DNA of 64,000 nt, from the NCBI RefSeq assembly GCF_040938485.1, contig NW_027270917.1:5890001-5954000 (forward strand). Direction: 5' to 3'. The stretch is from Diadema antillarum (lineage: Eukaryota). The translations under genes and the position numbers were made by a program. Positions 38,302 through 50,650 of this stretch are shown here, piece after piece (the first letter of the stretch is position 1; the number at the start of each line of letters is the position of its first letter). The notes beneath the pieces are model-generated. The model did not search any database. It saw only the letters and a program-made list of their open reading frames with translations, and was not told the origin of the DNA.

Positions 38302-39637
38302 TCATTTCATTGTCATGGTCATCGAAGAACAGAGAATTACCTTGTCGTTTTGGTCAATAAGTCGAGCCTCTCCGTAGAAAGTTCCCTGCGTAAATATCAT
38401 TGATTGAACAAAAAAAAAATAACCATTACTGAAAAATGATTATGATAACCATAATGACATATTGGATAGTACAACGTTGATACTAAAACAACGAGGAGAA
38501 AATCGAAGAGCAAAATGGTGATGAGGAAGAAACATGAATCCTTGTTGGTTCGTTATGCAGAGAACTTGGTGACCAAGTGATGGCATGGTGACTGTTTTGA
38601 ACCTCTTAGTTTCCGCCCCTTCAAACATAAAAGAATACATAGAGTCAGTATCTACTACTGACTATGGCACCCATGTAACCTTTTCTTAGTTTGCCTTGCC
38701 ATGATTGCAGACCTTTGACGTCAAAAACAAACAAACGAACAAACGACCAGACTTGATTCTTGATGTTCTCTTTTGTTTTTCAAATGCATGTCCCAACAAT
38801 TCTCTTCAGAGGTTCGACTGAAAAAAGCAGAGAAAAGAGAGATTGCCTGATTATAGAGTAGATTCTTAGGGAAACTTTAGTAATTTCGGCATACTCGTAA
38901 AAATAAAACCGATAAATTTAGCTGTTCCCCGCACGTCTCAAGACCTCGATTGAAGCAATTGAAAAAAAAAAAAAAAAACCAATGTGCAAATAGCAAAGTT
39001 CGCATGGACCTAATCTCTCCCAGGATAGAGTTGAGAGATAGCGAAATGAGGGACACGATTATCATGTACACCACGTGTTCACAGGTCACGAAGTCATGTT
39101 GGACCCTTAGTGGTCTTCGTGAAGGGCAGTACACTTTACACTAATTGTCTTTAGAATACAATGCAGTAACTCCATAATGCTTAGCAGAATGGGATCGTTT
39201 CACAGAGGTGGTCCTTAATAAAAGGAGAGCGATTGAATTGCGTAGTATATAAAGAAAATGATACAAAAAAACACAGAATTGCTGATAGCAATTACGTTGA
39301 GCTTGGACAAAGTGAAGTACTGATCATTAGGTGTATAGTCGCAGAATATATACAAGTACCATGACACACTAATGCTGATTATCATCCAGAAGTCCAATAG
39401 TAATCGATTAACTTCTGACGCCCTCAACGTTACTGAATTATGTGAGTTGAAATCTGTTTTACGTATTGTCATGTTTCATCATCGGGTGATGCTCGTTGAC
39501 TCCGAAGATTCGTTAATCCCCCCAAAATTAAATAAGGTTCGTTATTCGAATGTTAGTTATTCCAAACACAGAAATTCCCTATACCTAAATGCTCTCATAA
39601 ATCCGAAATGAAAAATAGGCCGTTGATCTGAACATTT

Positions 39638-39675
<38 letters not shown>

Positions 39676-42516
39676 TATTCCAAAGGTTCGCTATTTCGAA
39701 GGTTCATTACTCTGTAAATCAAAGAAAAGGTTCGCTATTCCGAGAGCTTGTTAATCTGAAACGAAATAATAAGGTTCGTTATTCCGAAGGTTTATTGCTC
39801 AGAAAATGAAATATCTGAGAAAAATATTGAGTTAATTATTTAGCGTGGAAGATGAATGGGGCATATTAATGTGCACTATTATATACTACACTTGAACATG
39901 TTACCAAGTAACGCGGGGTAGTAACCCTTTTATTTTACGTAGGCCTATAATCGTGTTCAAACATGCATCACCACTGGACACAAACGGATACCAGTTGCTA
40001 TTGGCTGTTTTCGTAATCACGTTGAGGATGCAATACTTTCTGTTTTCCTTCGGGGTCACTGACCCCAGCCTGTTCTCCATTTTTCCATATGTAGGCCCTA
40101 TACACATGACATTGTGTGTTAATTGCTTTGGAATAACGTGCAAAACAAGTCCTTTCATCTGTGTGTGTTCTCTATAAAAGAAAACACAAACACAAGAAAA
40201 CAGACATCTTTGTCGTGATACATGCAGAGTACTGAGTATAAGAAGATTGCGCTGCTGTTTTGTAAGTCACGGATGTGGATATAAACGGAAAATTATATGT
40301 AACCTACCTTTGGAACTAATGCAGACAGGTGCTGCTCTCTTACATAGTACTGATCTCCTGCGAAAGTGAAGAAAAGGATTATATTATAGTTAGAGATTAC
40401 TATTTCACAAACACACTTGATCACGGTATTATCATAGGATTTTATTGATACATTATACATCAGGAGTAACTCAAGTGGTTCCTTTAAAGAAAGCTTCAGT
40501 TTTCTTATTGATTTCATATCAAAGGAAAATCACATGAAGATCAGTGCAGATTCCATGGGATATTTGTAAAATGATGTCATCATCACTTCTGCCAATTTGA
40601 GTATGTGGGTATAACTGCGATTAATACCAGTGTCTTATAAAAGTTTTTATTTCAGACTTTCTTCTGTAGAAATAAAACTAACTTCAACTTGAATATCGTG
40701 TGAAATTTCACTTCAATCGCATCTTGCTCTTCATTTATATTTTACACAAGAGCACTGACATGTCATCTGAGTATACAAAAGTGAAATCATTTGATTGTGC
40801 AGATGTGATTATGGACAAAAGTGAACAAGTACCGTTGAAAATGGGAATACAGATTGTAGTATACAATGACCTTCCATTTCCTCATTGCTTTTACTGTAAC
40901 AGCACGGAGGCTCATGTCAAATTATGCTACTTCCGTTTACAAAAAGAAAAACAAAATGCAGGAAACTTGAGTCCTTGGCCCATTTGCAGTGATGGGGAAA
41001 ATAAGGTTATGAATAATAACACGAAAAACATTAAGAAAACAACTCATACGATCGAATAGAGAAACAACACAAGGTCGCCATTTGAAATTCAACTTGGGGC
41101 TTTTGAAAGCTTACTCGCATTAATAATGTTCAGTCACCGTTATAGTTATCTGTACTGGGGATTGTCCCGACTTTAATCAAAAGCTAGGACTATCATTCAT
41201 TGGTGATGCTTTCTTATTAGAAAAGTGAGTTTGACTGATAAGAGGGCAAAGAGACAGTATTATACCGTATGTTCCCCCCCCCAAAAAAAAAAAAATATAT
41301 ATATATATATAGTGAGACCCTCTGCAATGATAACTTTAAGAATAGTGAATCAATCCAAATACAGTTTCAGGGTATGAAACTATAACTTATTACCCTGTCT
41401 TTTCTGTCTTTTCTCATTTCTAAAAGCGCTTAGAGACTTGAATGTAATTTGCGCTCTATAAAAATGGTTTATTATTATTATTACCCACATCTTACCGAAA
41501 ACCCCATCCGATTTGGTTCAGTGGTCAAAGAGACCCTGAAATAGCATTCAGACAGTTTTATCACATTGGAAGTTATCAATGCGAAAATCCGATTGTATTT
41601 TTCTTTTTTTCTTGGGGGGGGGGGGGACATACTGTATAGCATACCTTTCGCTATGGGACACTTGAAGAAATCCCCTTCGGTTTCTAAGTCTCCGAAGTCA
41701 AACGTGTTGCCGTAGAAATGCATTTTGTTGTACTCGATGCTCACCTCGGCTTTTCCCATGACAACATCGTATTCTGGAAAGAAATATGGGGAGGGGGATC
41801 AGCGAAAGTTAGCCTTGATTAGAAAGCTTTTATCATCTTTGCCACAGCTCATGTCATTTCCACAATCACATAGGAATCATGAATCTATGTTCGCCATATT
41901 TTTTTTTCTAACATTGGCTACTTAGTATTGTTTCAAGAGGTATAGGGATATTACTTCAGAAAAAGTGTTGTAAATGCCAACAGTGTCAAGCTAAATTTGA
42001 GGTGCACTTGGAAAGGGTGATAAGATACTATAACTGTTTGGTTGATGATAATTAAGGACAAAGCGAAGNNNNNNNNNNNNNNNNNNNNNNNNNNNNNNNN
42101 NNNNNNNNNNNNNNNNNNNNNNNNNNNNNNNNNNNNNNNNNNNNNNNNNNNNNNNNNNNNNNNNNNNNNNNNNNNNNNNNNNNNNNNNNNNNNNNNNNNN
42201 NNNNNNNNNNNNNNNNNNNNNAGAGGACCGGGATTATAATGCCTTGTAACGCACTTTGAGCACTGCTCATATCTCATGGTGAAAAGGCTCTATAAAACAT
42301 TAAACAATATAAACAATGACGATAATGATGCCTATTATTAGTATCATTACCAATTTAATTCTAAAATTATTCACGCAGTGATAATAATCAGTCATGATCA
42401 CAATCATAGTGCATTTGTCAAAACAAATTTTGGATGGCAAAATCGTGAACGCGGGTTGGCGGTGCGGTAATGACGTTACCAGATCGGAATGAAAACTGCA
42501 AAACAAGTCTTATCAC

Positions 42517-42548
<32 letters not shown>

Positions 42549-42814
42549 GGAGAAGGTTGCAACATAAATTTTGTGCACATCGTGTATGCGTAATAGTACA
42601 GTGACCCTCATGCAAATCAATTCACATAGTCACTATTTCCTTGAGCTAGGGATATATAGAGTAGCGAGGATGTGCTCTGTAGGAATACAATACAATGCAA
42701 AACTATACATTGTAGTTATTATTGTCTGTGGTCGTTCCCATGCACCTGCATGTTTCTTGTTGACGATACTGTCAATATGTCATAAGGGATTGATACGTTA
42801 TCATAGCATCAATC

Positions 42815-42861
<47 letters not shown>

Positions 42862-45800
42862 CGTGTATAAATTACATGATTAGACGTCTACCCATCTATT
42901 CATATGTTTCAGATCCATCTTCCAATTATGCCCATCTCTCTGTGATAAGACTTGTGTTGCTATATATCTATCTGTCTGTCTACATATGTAAAATTTTGTG
43001 TCCGACCCTGCTATTTTACTGCCTGCTGAAGTTAGCACGAAAATATGCTGATTTTTTTTTTTTTTACTTCATGCTTTATACAACTATCTGGTGATGAGAA
43101 TTGCCTTGATAATATTATATACATGTATAGTGCTACGAATCTCTTTATGTGCTGTACTGTTGAGAGACATTGTGATATAGAGAGAAAAGCGTTATTGTCG
43201 AAAACTTGCCCTAAGCTTCACAATATGAGGGGTTATTATTTCCACTATAGATTATTACAGGAATGGCATCAGAAATGGCATGCAGTGACCAATTCACACG
43301 CCCCTCATGGATAACCTAATCACTCCAATGTATGTTATTGCCCACTCATGGATCGAACGGAGTCGGGTCATTTTTTGATTTGCTCCAATTTTCTTTTCTT
43401 TTCTTTTCTTTTACACACCTGGTGAGGTGAAGAAAATATATCACATCTATTCAATTCCATCATCCTTTTATGTGTTAATTTGTCAAGAGGATGTTTGGGA
43501 TATGAAAGGGGTTCTTCGGTTATATACACTGACCATTTACATTGAGGTGTGAAGAGAGACGTCGATCAAGCCAAGTAATAATTATACTGACCTGTTGTTT
43601 ACACATGTATTCATGGAGAATCGAAATCTAATCCCATCCATTCTCACCCTATTCGGCAAGCTTGATATACAATGCAAATGTCATCAACTTTGTACCGTTC
43701 CAACGACACTCTCACCCTTAAAAATGTTTTTAAAAAATGAAAAGTTGATTGATACGATTATATTGCAGAGGAACCATCGTTTTTATATTGGCGCTCTTTG
43801 CCTTTCAGTGTAAATTTGTAACTATTTACTTTAAACTGTCAGCATTCGTCATTAAAGTTCAAGTTCATTGACATTTACTTCCATCAAATATGAATATAAT
43901 ATAATTACAAGTAACATGCGGTCAATTTGAAAATCCTGGGGCACATCTCTAGAAGAATACATGTTATATCTTCTGATTCATTTCGTGTTATGTTTGACGA
44001 AAAAGAAAGAAGGAATGAAATAAATGAAATGAAATGAAATGAAATGAAATGAAATGAAAATGAAAGAATTGTTACCGTATAGTTCAATCGTATATTCATT
44101 GAGCTACAGTGTGTTGTAAAGCTCCATATGGCATGATCACTGAGACAACAATGGTAGCCATTATTTTCATGGAACAGGCTCTTAATCCTGCTAATTAATC
44201 TCCGACTGAACTGAACCGATTAATGGATGACCTTTCCTTTCAAGATGAGCCGATCGTCTGGCACTTCATTATCTTGTCTTATCTCTGTCTCTGTTGATCC
44301 TTGATACTTCTTGTTAACAAACGTCAACCTACTACCCACAGACACCTTGTGGAATGACCTCACGTGAACAGAACATGATTGTTTCAACTACTAGTAGATT
44401 ACGAGTGCTTTTAAACATGGATAACGATAATAATTATGAAGATGAAAATATATGTCCTTTTCTCCCACGAACACACATGGGTGTGGCATCGTACCCATCT
44501 ATAGCTTAATCGATGTTTGCAGTACGCAACATTAAATTGATGATTTATGTTACAATTCATGTGTGAAAATCTGGGCATCAGAAATTTATTTCCTTTTGAT
44601 GGGAGGGGGTTAAACTAATCTATTGATGATTTATATTACGACAACCTTTTTTATTATCATTCATCAGATTATGTTTTACAATGAAGCGCACATGCGTGAA
44701 TGTATTAACACAGCAGTGAAAGTACTATTCTGCCATCACCATCAGCAATGAAATTGCTGCTCATTTAATATCAATATCATTTCGAATTCTTACCTGCCGT
44801 GGTGTCTACGAGAATATCAGTCTGAACAATTTTAGCGTCAAAGGCTATTACGTTTTTTCACCCAAGATTCATTCCGTTTCAATCAACAATTGCTATTATT
44901 CCGTACAGTCTACAAGAATCTTCAGCTTATTGAAGGAGGCAGACTTAACCAGAAGAAGACGACATTCTTAAGTCTTCATTATCAAGCAATCGTTAACCCT
45001 TTATCACCGGCGAAAAAAAAAAATTGAGTTCTCTGTGCAATGGAAGGACTTAATGGGGGTCTCAGAATCTCGCACAAGGAAAAGGCAAACAATATCATAA
45101 TGCAGTCAAACCTGCCTTAGCGGTCACCTGTCTATAGGCGGCCACCTGTCGTATACAGCCACTAAAAACAATTCCCCCGAGAGAACAGCCATGTACGCGA
45201 TCATGTCTACAGCGGCCACCTGTCTATGACGGCTTGTGTTTGTCTCCCTTGGGTGGCCGCTATAGACAGGTTTGACCGTGTAATTTCTTGTATCCTTACC
45301 TAGAGTGGTGTTGAAGATGATGACGTTCTTCAGACCTCCATTATCCTCATCGGGCAAGAGAAGGACTTTCCCCACGACGGGAGGGTCCTCATCATCTGAA
45401 ATACAAAGGAGAGATTTGGTTGCCTTCATTTTGTCAGCCAATTGTCGTGTTTAAACACGTTATAGAACAAACAAGTAGAATTCGACACAATGAACTGGCT
45501 TTCATATCATGTAGACAGAGTCTCACCCGGAAAGGGGAATGACAGAAGTTTAATCAGAATCAAAGATGAAATACTGCTGTTATGAAAGGTTAAAATTTCA
45601 CACGTTTTCACCGCATAGCAATATTGGCTGTGACCCGTGACACACGCAAACTTCCCCACGTCTCTTATTTTGGTTGTGGTCGACCCACATCTGTACTAAA
45701 CTTCCTATACCTGACATGAAATCAAGGAGAACAAGTTGTGCAGCCTTCTCGCAAAGTCATTGTGTAGTATTGTAATGAGTATGGCCCAGAAACTGCAGAC

Positions 45801-48800
45801 GACGTATACGGGGAAAGGGGTTGTGACACTAGTCTTACTGCACAATTTATCGACCAAACATGTCTATAATATTGTGCAAACATGAAGAAACAAAGAGACA
45901 AACAAACCAAGGGAGAGTTGTGAGGTGACTTACGGCATCCTCAACTCTTTCCCCTTTCTATGCATATCATAATGGTTAAAGCCCATTGCATATTATCACT
46001 ATCCGGTGAAGACGTGCCTGTGTGAAACTGAAAATTATAGCTTAATTTCTTATTTCATGCCTATTTTTGATGAATTTTTTAGAGTTCTGCTCGCCTTTTT
46101 TTTAAACTCTTTTCAACAGGGTAAAACCTGAAATATATAAGTTTGAAACCTAATCTAAACACTGGATGATTATACACTATTAATTGTGCGAACATGTTTT
46201 GCTTCATTGTATAGAAATCAAGATAATTTAATTGCAACCAACGATTGATGACTGATAAAGAATAACACCAAACCCATCGTTACACAGCAAACGTATCTGT
46301 TAAACAACTGCACCGAATGACGTGGTGGATGTGGGAGTGATAACTATGAGTGATACAGTTTTTAGTGTGGTAACTGGGCAAAGAAATAGCTGCAATACAT
46401 CCGAAATATACGTTCAATTTCGATCACATTTTATCACATGAACTCAAATTTAGTTCCATTGATATACAATATAATATCTAAATTTGAGGCTCATGATTAT
46501 AAAATCTGAAAGGTTTTAATCTGTATTGGAAAAATCAATTAGACGATCAATGAGCATTTCTAATTATTGAGGTTTGTTGGCAGTACAATGTATAGGCGTT
46601 TATGAGGCCATCCGGGGTTTTGACATAAATGTCACTTGTCTCAAATGGCAACTGCATATCTCCGTTTTATACAAGCAGTAACTGATGAAGTATAGTGTAA
46701 AATATATTTTGTTTCATATCTTATGTTTATGGAAGAGTCAGTCGCTCATATCGAAGCAAAACAAAATAAGACATTTTATCTCTCATAATCATCACACGGG
46801 GAGCAAATTAATGTTGAAATAACGTACTATGGATCTCCATGGTAACAATAGCTCCCTTCCGACGCGTATCGCTATTATAGTGAGCTTGATGAAATTACCA
46901 CAAATGTTCTCCAAGTCAGTGCATCTTATATACAGAGGCCCAGTCACTAAAATGTCGCATGACATTTAGATTGAATAACGGATAAAGTTCTACGCTAAAC
47001 GGATGTTGAATATAGGCCGGCAGACATTGTTAGCTCAAGGATCTGACAAAATATGCAAGAGAAGACAACAGACGATGACGCTTCATCATCTCTTTGCCAT
47101 GTTAAACAATAGCAGNNNNNNNNNNNNNNNNNNNNNNNNNNNNNNNNNNNNNNNNNNNNNNNNNNNNNNNNNNNNNNNNNNNNNNNNNNNNNNNNNNNNN
47201 NNNNNNNNNNNNNNNNNNNNNNNNNNNNNNNNNNNNNNNNNNNNNNNNNNNNNNNNNNNNNNNNNNNNNNNNNNNNNNNNNNNNNNNNNNNNNNNNNNNN
47301 NNNNNNNNNNNNNNGTTTGAAAGTAAACAGCTGACGAGACAGAGGAGGCATCATTCTTAATGAGCTAGAGACAAGGGTGCTATAATTAGTATATTTACTA
47401 GGTCTGTGATTCATGTTTGAGTCTTTAATGTTCATGCTTCGTTTTAGCCTCATTTAAAGGATGTCTCTGCGAAACGTTGAACCTTTTCCACTCTATTTAA
47501 TTTGTAATTTTCAAGTATTTTGTGAGATACTGGATGTTAAACAGTATAGTTTCCTTCTTCATCGTGCGGTGGTCAAAGAGGTTGCCTTCACTCACGGCAG
47601 ATATTATATAGTGTTTTCATGCCAAGAACTGACCGCCATTATATAATTTGGTGAGAGGCGGCTTTTAAAGTCTTCAACGCAGCCTGGGTTAATTGTTGAT
47701 GACCGGCACATCTTGAGGCGAGTAACTATTTCTAATCCATGGCCGAGCTACCGTAATTGATGTTTTCCTGACCATTCCATGTATGACTGCTCTGAATGCC
47801 CTCTTGATAGTTGCGAAACTTGAAGCATGCACCATGATGATTTTCTTTTCGCGCATGGGTATAGCAGTTTTCTTTTCAATGTTGAATGCAGCATATTATA
47901 GATACTTCATTCAATCATATTGTGCAACCTACAGCTCCTTCACCCCCCACCCCTTGGTCTCCCTCCCTCCCCACTTCTTCAGGTGAACAGTCTACCCCAT
48001 CACGGTCCATTTAAGGATGAACCTCGTATTACTATTACCATACAATATAGAGTAAGACCTACATTATTCACCAAACGTTCATTATGAGGCATAAACACAA
48101 CTCCGTCGGGGCCACAAGATTAGGACGTGTATGCCTCACTGGTTTGGCCCAATTTGAATATAATGCTACGACTTACTATTTCCACAAAGACGTCTAGGCA
48201 TTGACCCTGTACACTCACACCTTCGAGTTGCCCGTTAACACGGTTCGGCGTCTCGTTCAGTGCTCTGTAAATTTTGTCAACAACTTTGACGTTAATGCAT
48301 GATGCCCGTGACTCTACGGGGGGGGGGGGGGGGGGGGGGGGGGTCGCTTAGAGATTTTCATCGCGAGTGAGAGTAGTAGCGATGAAACCATCGCACAATA
48401 TGGAAACTTTTCATGATGGAAGCGTCGAAAGACTCACCATCCACACCACAGGATGCGCTATAAGGATAACGTTATCCACATAAGGAGGTAGTGTGACGCC
48501 TTATATTGGAGGCAATGTGATACCTCCTTGGTTATCCGTAATCCCAATAAATTTGTACAACGTTCAATGTGACATGCGAGTGCCTTGAGGTGCTGTATGA
48601 CCCTACAGCGACGATGTCAAGAAGAGACCAAGAGCATCTCCACGGAGGAGGAGAGGACAGTTGGGTCATACCATGTACTTCCTGATTGTGCTCTTGAATA
48701 ATTGATAAGTCATGTGCATTCAATTTCTACTGAATTATTAACAAATTTGGTCAACTAAAAGAACGTCTGTACAAGGGAGTGGGAGAGAATAGTTTTATAT

Positions 48801-49746
48801 TACGGATTTACTTACTGATTGCTCATGAGTGATTGATAAGTCAAATTGATCGAATTCCACGTCTATTAGATTATTACGAAATGCGAAATAGAAAAATCTG
48901 TGAAAATGAAATACAAACAGATGCATTTTTTGTTGTTCTTTATCAATAGGGTTTATAATTAATTACAAACTGTACTAAAGGGCCCCTGTACGCTCCGTGA
49001 TAATACCTACCACAATACGCCCAGATGTTGCCCAGCTCCACGAAGTCGTTGTCTTTCACCCACTTATCCCAGTCAAAGAACTTGATACCATGACGACCAC
49101 GCCCATTGTGACGTACTCCATCTCCCTCTCCATCCTCCACCTCCCCATCTCCATCCTCTGCGCGTTCTCCACCATTGCCACCTGCATCACGTAACTTCTC
49201 GTCATCCCCGTCTTCCTTCTCAACATCTACAATAGGTACCTTCTCCTCATGATCTGCCACACCCACGCTTTGCTTATTGGCTTGCCCGGCACCCTCTACC
49301 TCACCATTGCCTTCATCTTCGATAGCATTTGCATCTGCTTCTGCATCACCGCCATCTGCATCTGCATCATCACCCACAGCTTCTACTTGTTTAATGTTGT
49401 CGCTCTCTGCCTTTGCTGGTTCCTTCGTTGTCCTTTCCTTGATCGTATTTATCAAGGCATCTTTGTCAACGTTCACTCCTTGGTTCTCGTCCTCCGCTGA
49501 TGCGATGACTTTGTGTGCCTTGAGATGGTGAAATCTGGGTTTGGCCTCGATCGGTTGGGCTTTCTGCTCCATTCGGTTAGCTGCCAGCAGGTCTTCGGCC
49601 GATTCATGGTTGAAGAACTTCAGATACAGACCTAATGTCACACATACGGTGCACAGCACCCCGATCAGCAACCGTTTGCCTGACATCCTCCTCCGCGAGA
49701 GACCAAACACAGCACGAATACATCCAGTTGTTTGCCAAAGCATCAT
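38302..49746 (-). CDS. Type II membrane-anchored protein with acidic stalk and C-terminal ML (MD-2-related lipid-recognition) domain, 5 exons, ~364 aa
   Basis: Exons 49746-49011, 45395-45300, 41773-41645, 40357-40308 and 38385-38302 splice GT-AG in phase (1,1,1,0). The joined C-terminus reads IWAYC-DDDEDPPVVGKVLLLP..VIIFNTTLEYDVVMGKAEVSIEYNKMHFYGNTFDFG..FKCPIAKGDQYYVREQHLSALVPKGTFYGEARLIDQNDKVILCSSMTMTMK*. This follows the ML beta-sandwich pattern (C..CPxxxG..PxGxYxxxxxLxDxxxxxxxC). Family recognised by eye, no search run. The start may instead be the ATG at 49686. Confidence 0.75.
39500..39830. repeat. Degenerate GGTTCGTTATTCCGAA minisatellite interrupted by (TG)n
   Basis: About 8-10 recognisable variants of a 16-nt unit. 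Confidence 0.6.
44022..44068. repeat. (AAATG)n pentanucleotide microsatellite
   Basis: Direct reading. A related (AATTC)n tract lies at 14366-14400. Confidence 0.9.
45103..45278. mobile_element. pogo/Tigger-like MITE
   Basis: TIR CAGTCAAACCTG / CAGGTTTGACCG with internal GCGGCCACCTGTCTA repeats. It lies 21 nt from the exon-2 donor of the ML gene. Confidence 0.7.
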
Positions 49747-50277
49747 ATAACACCGACCAGCCAACACAAATGCGAGCGCGGGGTTTGATTCGGACGCAAC
49801 GCGCGCAGTGTACAAAATCGTCTGCTCTTGTGTTGTGATCAGCTGGATCACACGTGCTGCTCTGCTGCCGAGTACCAGTACCTAGAAACCGCAGCTCAAG
49901 CTTTTCCCTGCTTGCGGGTCAGAAATGTCAACAATCAGCCCATGTACAGCAGATACTTGGGGTCGGCAAACTTTTGTCGCATCGACCGATCGGGGAATGC
50001 GAGAAGCCCGTGAATATACCTTTGTAGCTCTTCGCGGAAGAGGATGTTCTTTCTCCCAGGAACAATTGGGATTTCGTTATTCAGTGATGGCCGACTGGTT
50101 TGCAGCTGCAGGAATCAGCGTGATGTCTTCGCGATCGAATCTAAGAGCAAAGAGAAGTGGAGAGCGGCTCAAACGGGTCCTTACGATTAGAACTGCTCGA
50201 CTTTTCTGTCATCTTATCTCTGAGATGAAGAGCAAACAGACTAAAATGAAGGAGGCCCGGGCAATAGACATACTTAA

Positions 50278-50650
50278 AGTGATCGTATAGTTTTGGTTGA
50301 GACCTAATTTCAGGTTTCTAACATTTCTTGGTGAGATAATGAAAAACCTCTTATGAAACATGAAAAATCATGTAATTCTATGAGGAATTCAAAGATTATT
50401 TGACGAAAATTGGTTTTGAAATGGCTGAGGTATCCAAAACAGAGCGATTCTGATAAAGTGTGGAACCCACACTTTATTACGATCGCTTTGTTTTACTTTG
50501 TTTTTGCATGTTTCAGTCATTCCAAACCCGAATCTCATCAAATAAACTTTGAATTCCTGTTAAAATGGTATGCTCTGTACTATATCATAAGTGTTTTCTT
50601 GGTAAAGTTAGAAGCCCAATTCTCATCTCCACCAATACTGTACTATCCCT
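50278..50650. mobile_element. Kolobok-like MITE family A, inverted copy
   Basis: TTAA flanks at 50274-50277 and 50651-50654. Reverse-complement similarity to 3312-3670 (TATAGTTTTGGTTGAGACC ... CTCATCTCCACCAATACTGTAC). Confidence 0.75.

Noticed and set aside
44229-44330. Open frame LTFVNKKYQGSTETEIRQDNEVPDDRLILKGK as an extra ML-gene exon
   Set aside because: Purine-rich acceptor and wrong phase. The domain reads continuously without it.
48318-48343. Poly-G/poly-C tracts as regulatory G-quadruplexes
   Set aside because: Scattered homopolymers throughout the window with no positional pattern, and their lengths are unreliable in this assembly.
4980-49746. Functional lipid/redox gene cluster of GSTO, ACSF3, TRIQK and the ML gene
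   Set aside because: Mixed orientations, unrelated compartments and no shared pathway. Adjacency alone is not evidence without synteny data.
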